Assembly (NCBI GenBank): GCA_044226625.1
Contig: JBGAGQ010000003.1
Span: forward strand, 156,190-220,189
From: Thermoanaerobaculia bacterium
GTDB taxonomy: Bacteria > Acidobacteriota > Thermoanaerobaculia > Multivoradales > UBA5704
Direction: 5' to 3'
DNA: 64,000 nucleotides
Both the position numbers and the translations under genes were made by a program. Shown here in pieces: positions 57,203 through 64,000 of this stretch; the first letter of the stretch is position 1; the number at the start of each line of letters is the position of its first letter. A model generated the notes under the pieces. That model was not told the DNA's origin, ran no database searches, and was given only the letters and a program-made list of their open reading frames with translations.

Positions 57203-58003
57203 ATGCGTCGATTCCTCCCCCTCCTCTCTCTCCTCCTCCTCCAGACGGTCTCCCTCGGCGGGTCTTCGCTTCGTGCCGCCGATCTGAAAACTGCGCCCCG
57301 GCCGAACCCGAAAGTCCGCGAGCAGACGCTCTCCCATCCGAAGTTCGGCCAGGTCACCCTCTATCGCGAGAGCGATCGGCCCGCGCACGTGGCGGTCTTC
57401 GTCTCGGGCGACGGCGGCTGGCGGCTCGGGGTGGTCGACATGGCGCGCCATCTTGCCGATCTGGACGCATTGGTGATCGGCGTCGACATCCGGCATTACC
57501 TGAAAGCGATTGGCCGCGCGAAGGTCCCCTGCGGCGACGCCGCGGGCGATTTCGAAGAGCTGGCGCGTTACGTCCAAACGGAGCTCGGATATTCCGCGCC
57601 GCGGAGCCCGGTCCTCGTCGGCTACTCCTCGGGGGCGACCCTCGTCTACGCCGCTCTGGTCCAGGCCGAGCCCGGGCGTTTCCGCGGCGCGCTGAGCCTC
57701 GGCTTCTGTCCGGACCTGGAGGTGGTGAAGCCGTTCTGCCCCGGCCGAGGGCTCGCGTCGGTCCCGAATCCCAAGGCGAAAGGGGTCCTGTTCGAGAGCG
57801 CGTCGACGCTCGAAGAGCCGTGGGTCGTCTTTCAAGGAAGCATCGACCAGGTGTGCGACCCGAAGGCGACCGCCGACTACGCCAAGAGAGTCTCGCACGG
57901 CGAGCTCGTCTGGCTCGACAAGGTGGGGCACGGCTTCTCGGTCGAGCGGCGCTGGCTGCCCCAGTTCGCCGACGCGTTCCGCCGCGTCACGGGAGCGCGA
58001 TGA
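57203..58003 (+). CDS. AcvB/VirJ-family hydrolase, single domain
   Basis: FVSGDGGW, GYSSG, VGHGF. Confidence 0.82.
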   Translation: MRRFLPLLSLLLLQTVSLGGSSLRAADLKTAPRPNPKVREQTLSHPKFGQVTLYRESDRPAHVAVFVSGDGGWRLGVVDMARHLADLDALVIGVDIRHYLKAIGRAKVPCGDAAGDFEELARYVQTELGYSAPRSPVLVGYSSGATLVYAALVQAEPGRFRGALSLGFCPDLEVVKPFCPGRGLASVPNPKAKGVLFESASTLEEPWVVFQGSIDQVCDPKATADYAKRVSHGELVWLDKVGHGFSVERRWLPQFADAFRRVTGAR

Positions 58004-59526
58004 AACCCGGTGAGAGATTCGGGCTAACGCTCGCGCTCGTCCTCCTCGTGGGTTCCGGTCCAAAGGCGGCGCCTGCCGCGCCGACCTCGGCCACCGCACC
58101 GGCCGAAGCCGGCGCGGTGCCCCTGCCGACCGAGCTTCGCCTCGGACGGTTCGGCCGCGTCCTGCTCGAACGGCCGAAGGCGACGCCGAGCCAGGTCGTT
58201 CTACTCGCCGCGGACGGCGCGCGCGGACCGATCGACGCCGTCGCGCGCGAGGCCACGGAGCGCGGCGCCCTGGTGGTCGAGTTCGACGCAAAGGCCTATC
58301 TCGTCGCGGCGGGAGCCGCGCGGGACACCTGCACCTACGCCGCGGCCGATCTCGAGGCGCTCTCTCAGAGAGTCCAAAAGCAGCTCGCCCTCGCGAGCTA
58401 TCGGCCGCCGATCCTGATTGGTGTCGCTGCGGGTGCGACGCTCGCATACGCCGCCCTCGCCGAAGCGCCGCCGAACACGTTCCGCGGCGCGATCAGCGTC
58501 GGTTTCCGTCCCTACCTGGAGATCGAAAAGCCGCTCTGCGCCGGTCACGGCCTGCCGATCGTCCCGAGCCCACGAGAGGACGAGAAGGGGTTTGCCCTCG
58601 GGGCGAATCCGAAGATCGAGCAGACCTGGATCGTCCTCCTGGGAGAGTCGGACCCCGCCGCCGCTTCCCAAACCGCGGACCTGGTCCGCCGCGTATCGCA
58701 CGCGGCGGTCGAGAGCGTGCCGGGCGTCGGCCGCGCGTTCGACGAGGCGGCCCTCTGGTTGCCGCGTTTCCGCGAAGCCTGGGCGACCCTTGCGGCACCC
58801 GCCGCGAGCGTGCCGCCTGCCGCGGCGGTGGCCGACCTGCCGTTGATCGAAGTTCCGGCATCCGCCGGTCAAAGCCCAGCCTCACTGGGCTCGACATCCT
58901 CTTCGACGTTCGCGGTCATCCTCTCCGGAGACGGAGGCTGGGCAGGGCTCGACAAAGAGCTCGCCGGAGCGCTGGCTGAGCGCGGGATCCCGACCGCGGG
59001 ATGGAACACGCTTTCCTACTTCTGGAACGAACGGACGGAGGCGGGCATGGCGGGCGACCTCGTTCGCGTGCTGCGCCACTACCAGTCGGCGTGGCGGCGC
59101 GATCGCGTGATCCTGATCGGCTACTCCTACGGCGCCGAGGTGCTGCCGTTCATGGCGAGCCGGCTGCCTTCGGACCTCGCCAAGCAGGTCGTCGGGGTCG
59201 CGCTGCTCGGCCCGGGGCCGACCACGACGTTCGAATTCCATGTCAGCAACTGGCTCGGATCGATCGCGGGGACCCCCACCGACCAGCACGAGGTCCTGCC
59301 CGAAATCCGCGCCGCCGCGGCGAAGCTTCCGGCGGTGCCCCTCCTCTGCCTCTACGGTGAGAAGGAATCGGACTCCCTCTGCCCCGCGATCCGGCCGCCG
59401 CTCGGACGGAGCCTGCCGTTCGCCGGGGCGCACCACTTCGGAGGCAATTACGACGAGGTCGCCGATCGCCTCCTCGCCGCGCTCGGTTTGGGTGCCGCTC
59501 CCGCCGCGAAAACGGCCGTGCACTAG
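58000..59526 (+). CDS. acvB: AcvB/VirJ-family lysyl-phosphatidylglycerol hydrolase, two domains
   Basis: ATGA overlap; LSGDGGW, SYFW, GYSYG, GAHHFGGNY. Confidence 0.85.
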   Translation: MKPGERFGLTLALVLLVGSGPKAAPAAPTSATAPAEAGAVPLPTELRLGRFGRVLLERPKATPSQVVLLAADGARGPIDAVAREATERGALVVEFDAKAYLVAAGAARDTCTYAAADLEALSQRVQKQLALASYRPPILIGVAAGATLAYAALAEAPPNTFRGAISVGFRPYLEIEKPLCAGHGLPIVPSPREDEKGFALGANPKIEQTWIVLLGESDPAAASQTADLVRRVSHAAVESVPGVGRAFDEAALWLPRFREAWATLAAPAASVPPAAAVADLPLIEVPASAGQSPASLGSTSSSTFAVILSGDGGWAGLDKELAGALAERGIPTAGWNTLSYFWNERTEAGMAGDLVRVLRHYQSAWRRDRVILIGYSYGAEVLPFMASRLPSDLAKQVVGVALLGPGPTTTFEFHVSNWLGSIAGTPTDQHEVLPEIRAAAAKLPAVPLLCLYGEKESDSLCPAIRPPLGRSLPFAGAHHFGGNYDEVADRLLAALGLGAAPAAKTAVH

Positions 59527-59537
59527 GATCGCGGTCG

Positions 59538-62114
59538 ATGCGTCGGCGCCTGATGCCCTACGTTTCGGCCCTGCTGTTCCTGGCCGCCCTCTGGCTGCTC
59601 CGCCGTGAGCTCAGCTCGTTCCATTACCGCGAGGTGGTGGCGTTCCTCGCCGCCCTGCCGCTTCACCGCCTCCTGCTGGCGATCGCGCTCACCGTGGCGG
59701 GCTACCTCGCCCTCACCGGTTACGACCTGCTCGCCGGCCTCTACACCGGGCGGATGCTCCCTTACGGCAAGACCGCGCTCGCCTCCTTCGTCGGCTACGC
59801 CTTCTCGAACGCCCTCGGCCATCCGCTGCTCACCGGCACGCCGCTCAAAGCCCGGATGTACAACCATTGGGGAATCGCCGCGCTCGACGTGACGCGCCTG
59901 GTGCTGTTCAGCCTCGCGACCTTCTGGCTCGGCTTCTCGACCCTCGCCGGGCTCGCGTTCACGATCGAGCCGCTGCCGCTGCCCCGCTCGATGCTGCGCT
60001 TCGGCCTCTCCTCGGTGCGCCCGATCGGCGCGCTGTTCCTCGCAATCGTCGCGGCCTACCTCGCGGCGAGCTGGCTCGCGCGATCCCGGCGCTCGGGGCC
60101 GATCGTCGTGCGCGGCTTCGAGCTCGCGATCCCCCGGCCCGCCCTCGCGCTCGGCCAGGTCGCCGTCTCCTCGCTCGATTGGGCGCTCGCCGGCGCGGTC
60201 CTCTACGCCCTGCTCCCCGACTCCTGGCGACTGTCGTTCCCCGCCTTTCTCGGCATCTACCTGCTCGCCCAAATCGGCGGCCTGGCCTCGCAGGTCCCCG
60301 GCGGCCTCGGCGTGTTCGAAGGGATCCTGGTGGCTCTCCTGCCGCCCGAGATCCCGCGCTCTGAGGCGCTCGGCGCCCTGGTCGCCTATCGCGGCGTCTA
60401 CTACTTCCTGCCGCTGCTCTGCGCCGCGCTCCTGCTCGGCGCGCACGAGGTCTCGGAGCGGCGCGAGCAGGTCGGGCGGCTCGCCCGCCGGGTCGGGCGC
60501 ATCGGTCGCCTGGGCCGCATGGCGCCCGAGCTGGTGCCTCCCGTGCTCGCCCTGCTCACGTTCGCCGGCGGCATCGTGCTCCTCGCCTCGGGAGCGACGC
60601 CCGCCGTGCCCGAGCGGTTGGTCTGGCTCGATCGCTTCCTGCCGCTGCCACTGCTCGAGATCTCGCACTTCGTCGGCAGCCTCGTCGGGGTCGCGCTGCT
60701 CTTCCTCGCCCAGGGACTGAGGCGCCGGGTGGACGCCGCCTACCCCCTGACCGTCGCGCTGCTCGGCGCGGGGATCGTCGCCTCGCTCGCCAAAGGCCTC
60801 GACTGGGAGGAGGCGCTCGTGCTCGCCGCGATGCTCGCCGCGCTGCTCCCCTGCCGGCGGTTCTTCTCGCGCCGCGCCGCTCTGTTCGGCGCGCCGTTCA
60901 CCGCGGGCTGGCTGGTGGCGATCGCCACCGTGCTCGCGGGCTCGATCTGGCTCGGCCTGTTCGCCTTCAGCCACGTCGACTACTCGCACGAGCTCTGGTG
61001 GCGTTTCGCGCTCGACGCCAACGCGCCGCGGTTCCTGCGCGCGTCGGTCGGCGGGTTCGCGCTCGCCGTCGCCATCTCCCTCGCCCGCCTGCTCCGGCCG
61101 GCGCCGCCGCGGCCGACCCTCCCTTCGCCTGAGGACCTGGAGCGCGCGGCGAGCGTCGTCTCGGCCTCGCCGCGATCGAGCGCGCATCTCGCGCTGCTCG
61201 GCGACAAGGAGCTGCTCTGGAGCGAGGATCGCTCGACGTTCCTCATGTACGCGGTCGAGCACCGGAGCTGGGTGGCGATGGGCGACCCGGTCGGCCCCGG
61301 GGCCGCGCACGCCGAGGTCGCGTGGCGCTTTCGCGAGCTGTCGAGCCGCTTCGGCGGCTGGCCCGTGTTCTACCAGGTGAGCCCCGAGAGCCTGCCGCTC
61401 TACGTCGATCTCGGCCTCAGCCTGATCAAGCTCGGCGAGGAGGCGCGGGTGCCGCTCGCCACCTTCGACCTCGAAGGGCGGCCGCGGAAGAAGCTCCGCC
61501 ACGCGCACCGGAAAGGGATCGAGGCGGGCTGCTCGCTGGAGATCCTGCCTCCGGGCGGCGGCGCCTCGGACTTCGACGAGCTGGAGGCGATCTCCGACGA
61601 CTGGCTCGCGCACAAGCGGGCGCGCGAGAAAGGCTTCTCGCTCGGCACCTTCGATCGCGCGTACCTGGCACGCACGCCGCTCGCGCGGGTCTCGTGCGGC
61701 GGCCGGATCGTCGCCTTCGCGAACCTCTGGCCCGGCGCGCCGGGCACCGAGATGTCGCTCGATCTGATGCGCTACCGCCGCGACGCTCCGGCGGGGGTGA
61801 TGGACTACCTGTTCCTCGAGCTGCTGCTCTGGGCGAAGAGCGCTGGATACGCCTGGTTCAACCTCGGGATGGCGCCGCTCTCGGGCCTTCCCGGAAGAGC
61901 CCTGGCACCGCTCTGGAGCCGGCTCGGCTCGACCGTCTACCGCCACGGCGAGGCGTTCTACAACTTCCAGGGGCTTCGCCAATACAAAGAGAAGTTCGAC
62001 CCGGTCTGGGAGCCGCGCTATCTCGCGGCCCCCGGAGGCCTCGCCCTCCCGCGCATCCTCGGCGACCTCGCGAGCTTGATCGGAGGGGGGCTGCGCGGAG
62101 CGCTCGGACGTTGA
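59538..62114 (+). CDS. mprF: Bifunctional aminoacyl-phosphatidylglycerol flippase/synthase
   Basis: VPGGLGVFE, LGDKE, MGDPVG, KLGEEA, EKGFSLG, DLMRY, FYNFQGLRQYKEKF. Confidence 0.95.
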   Translation: MRRRLMPYVSALLFLAALWLLRRELSSFHYREVVAFLAALPLHRLLLAIALTVAGYLALTGYDLLAGLYTGRMLPYGKTALASFVGYAFSNALGHPLLTGTPLKARMYNHWGIAALDVTRLVLFSLATFWLGFSTLAGLAFTIEPLPLPRSMLRFGLSSVRPIGALFLAIVAAYLAASWLARSRRSGPIVVRGFELAIPRPALALGQVAVSSLDWALAGAVLYALLPDSWRLSFPAFLGIYLLAQIGGLASQVPGGLGVFEGILVALLPPEIPRSEALGALVAYRGVYYFLPLLCAALLLGAHEVSERREQVGRLARRVGRIGRLGRMAPELVPPVLALLTFAGGIVLLASGATPAVPERLVWLDRFLPLPLLEISHFVGSLVGVALLFLAQGLRRRVDAAYPLTVALLGAGIVASLAKGLDWEEALVLAAMLAALLPCRRFFSRRAALFGAPFTAGWLVAIATVLAGSIWLGLFAFSHVDYSHELWWRFALDANAPRFLRASVGGFALAVAISLARLLRPAPPRPTLPSPEDLERAASVVSASPRSSAHLALLGDKELLWSEDRSTFLMYAVEHRSWVAMGDPVGPGAAHAEVAWRFRELSSRFGGWPVFYQVSPESLPLYVDLGLSLIKLGEEARVPLATFDLEGRPRKKLRHAHRKGIEAGCSLEILPPGGGASDFDELEAISDDWLAHKRAREKGFSLGTFDRAYLARTPLARVSCGGRIVAFANLWPGAPGTEMSLDLMRYRRDAPAGVMDYLFLELLLWAKSAGYAWFNLGMAPLSGLPGRALAPLWSRLGSTVYRHGEAFYNFQGLRQYKEKFDPVWEPRYLAAPGGLALPRILGDLASLIGGGLRGALGR

Positions 62115-62144
62115 AAAGCCGAAGATCGGCGGAGCGAAGGATGG

Positions 62145-62446
62145 ACCGGGCTTTCAGCCCTGGGTTTCCCTTTCGGACTTGGGACCTGGGGCGTTGCCCC
62201 AGGCTATTATGGGTCCGCGCCTTTGGCGCTGGCGCTCGTGCATTTCGGGCCGCTTAGTTCCAGCCTCCAAGTCTCAAGAGCGCGAATGCTGCATTCGATC
62301 ATCGCCTGAGGCAACGCCCCCAGGATTGTGCGCCGCTTACATCTCGAAAAGCGCCGAAGGCGCGACCCATAATAGCCTGGGGCAACGCCCCCGGGATTGT
62401 GCGTCGCTTGCACCTCGAAAAGCGCCGAAGGCGCGACCCATAATAG
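62145..62446. repeat. Cluster of REP-like palindromes (BIME-like), 71-bp tandem unit
   Basis: AGCGCCGAAGGCGCGACCCATAATAGCCTGGGGCAACGCCCC units at about 62350 and 62421, an inverted copy at about 62185-62230 and a partial copy at about 62305. Confidence 0.85.
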
Positions 62447-62538
62447 ATGCTATGGAGGGTCGAGGCCCCCGGGTGAGTGAGGTTGTGGGCCGGCTGGATA
62501 ATTCTCTGGAACCACCATCGCCAAACGGAGGCAACCAG

Positions 62539-63687
62539 ATGAGCCAGACGACCCACAAAACAGAGTCTAAAGCGGCCGACCAGAGTTTGTATCTCGCGCT
62601 GGATTTGGGCTGGACCCAATGGCATTTGGCGTTCACGACCGAAATGGGGCAGAAGCCTCGATTGCGGACGATCCCCGCCCGGGAGCTGTCGACTTTGCAA
62701 GAGGAGATCCGACGGGCCAAGGAGTGCCTTGGCCTGCCAGCTCAGGCTCGCGTAGCGAGCGTTTTCGAGGCGGGTCGAGACGGTTTCTGGCTGCACCGAT
62801 TTCTGCAATCGATTGGCGTGGAGAATCGCGTCGTGGACTCCTCGAGCATCGAGGTGAGTCGACGGCGACGTCGGGCCAAAACCGACCGGTTGGATGTTCT
62901 CAAGCTAGTGGATTTGCTGCGACGCCACGAGTCGGGAGAGGTGCGAGCGTGGAGTGTCGTTCGGGTTCCGAGCGTCGCCGCGGAGGATTTTCGCCAGTTG
63001 GGCCGGGAGCTGGACTTGCTCAAGCAGGAGCGGACGGAGCACGGCAACCGGATTCGAGCCCTCTTAGCGACGCAAGGAGTCGACCTGGGGACCGGAGCCT
63101 CAGGCTTTCGGCAGAGTTTCGACCGGCTCCGGTTGTGGGACGGAAGCGAGCTGCCTCCCGTTTTGCGAGCACGGTTGGAGCGGGAGCAGCAAAGGATGGA
63201 GTTTGTGGAAGCACAGATTCGAGAGCTGGAGAAGCAGCGTCAGGCGCAGGTTCAGGCTCCCACGTGTCGGGCCGAAGAGCAGGTCAACCGTTTGCTGCGA
63301 CTCAAGGCGGTCGGGATCAAGAGCGCGTGGCTGTTCGTGAGTGAGTTTTTCTCCTGGAGAGATCTTCGGAATCGTCGCCAAGTGGGGAGTTTGGCGGGTT
63401 TGGCGCCGACTCCTTACCGCAGTGGCAGCGACCTGAATCGCGAGCAAGGGATCAGCAAAGCTGGAAATCCCCGGATTCGAACGATGGCGATCGAGATCTC
63501 CTGGGGATGGTTGCGCTGGCAGCCCGACAGTGACCTATCCCAGTGGTTCTGGACTCGATTCGGCAAAGCGGGAGGCCGGGCGCGCAAGGTCGGAATCGTT
63601 GCCTTGTCCCGCAAGCTGCTCGTGGCGCTCTGGCGCTATTTGGAAACAGGAATCACCCCGGCTGGAGCCCAGTTGAAGCCCGCGTAG
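62539..63687 (+). CDS. IS110-family DEDD recombinase/transposase
   Basis: GGAGG RBS; LALDLG, FEAG, KTDRLD, GLAPTPYRSG, ISKAGN, VALSRKL. Confidence 0.96.
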   Translation: MSQTTHKTESKAADQSLYLALDLGWTQWHLAFTTEMGQKPRLRTIPARELSTLQEEIRRAKECLGLPAQARVASVFEAGRDGFWLHRFLQSIGVENRVVDSSSIEVSRRRRRAKTDRLDVLKLVDLLRRHESGEVRAWSVVRVPSVAAEDFRQLGRELDLLKQERTEHGNRIRALLATQGVDLGTGASGFRQSFDRLRLWDGSELPPVLRARLEREQQRMEFVEAQIRELEKQRQAQVQAPTCRAEEQVNRLLRLKAVGIKSAWLFVSEFFSWRDLRNRRQVGSLAGLAPTPYRSGSDLNREQGISKAGNPRIRTMAIEISWGWLRWQPDSDLSQWFWTRFGKAGGRARKVGIVALSRKLLVALWRYLETGITPAGAQLKPA

Positions 63688-63689
63688 GG

Positions 63690-63900
63690 AGGAGGAACCC
63701 GCAGCTCGTGATCTGGCGGAGCGCGCCCGGGCCCAGGCTGGGTCCCTCAACCGAGAACCGTATGTTTAGATGGGGCAGCTCCTTTCAGGTTTGTCGATCG
63801 CGCCTTGAGCGCATGGAGCATCCGGTGTCTGGCCCAGAGGGTCAGCACGAATAGAAGCTGGCGAGGGGCCAAGGCCCTTCCACACCATGACAAGCCGCCA
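63690..63900 (+). ncRNA. Putative bridge/seek RNA
   Basis: Contains CCCAGGCT, AGCATC and ATAGAAG matching target and donor halves, flanking two hairpins; boundaries approximate. Confidence 0.65.
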
Positions 63901-64000
63901 GGTCGGGATTCGAACACGCTGTCGAAAACACGGAGACGAAACGACACCAGAGAGTCTTGACAGCAAGGACCCTCATAGAAGCCTGGGGCAACGCCCCAGG

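Larger units (their letters stand above)
62447..63979 (+). mobile_element. IS110-family element, IS1111 subgroup, inserted in a REP-like unit
   Basis: Flanks rejoin to CCCATAAT-AG-CCTGGGGCAACGCCCC; AG core on both sides; sub-terminal IRs CTATGGAGGGTC / GACCCTCATAG; long 3' non-coding end. Confidence 0.92.

Noticed and set aside
63903-63916. tRNA T-arm-like GTTCGAATCCC on the minus strand
   Set aside because: No cloverleaf, anticodon arm or acceptor stem; it lies in the IS non-coding end

Overview
High-GC chromosomal window, probably from a Thermoanaerobaculia-like Acidobacteriota. The basis is two ADOP orphan permeases, an acidobacterial-type PadR, a wHTH-TPR regulator and an XRE protein of a type expanded in that lineage; this is inference, not a search result. 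From left to right it holds: (1) a PQQ beta-propeller gene cut by the window edge; (2) a TetR-TonB receptor-FabG-acyl-CoA ligase-hydrolase-FabH-like-MFS operon; (3) a glycosyltransferase/sulfotransferase cluster and several membrane or secreted proteins; (4) two tandem HEXXH metalloprotease paralogs; (5) an effector-less STAND/TPR protein with an amyloid-like N-terminal motif; (6) a Rieske/GcvT/2x CrtI-like oxidoreductase cluster; (7) an AT-richer island bounded by a 49-bp direct repeat, with an intact TauD-like dioxygenase + HEPN(RxxxxH)-Zn-ribbon pair among decayed toxin-antitoxin genes, followed by a MazF pair; (8) PadR-ADOP; (9) a non-coding array of at least 14 units with exact 20-bp period (12-nt core + 8 variable nt) beside an XRE gene and an S8 protease; (10) an envelope locus (Omp85, LTA synthase family, 2x AcvB, MprF) with a shared TTCAT-N6-TTCAT box; (11) an IS1111-type IS110 element inserted in a REP-like palindrome, whose 3' non-coding end carries readable target and donor guide motifs. 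Best leads are the 20-bp array, the TauD-HEPN pair, the bridge/seek RNA and the amyloid-motif STAND. All product calls come from motif recognition by eye; no database searches were run.
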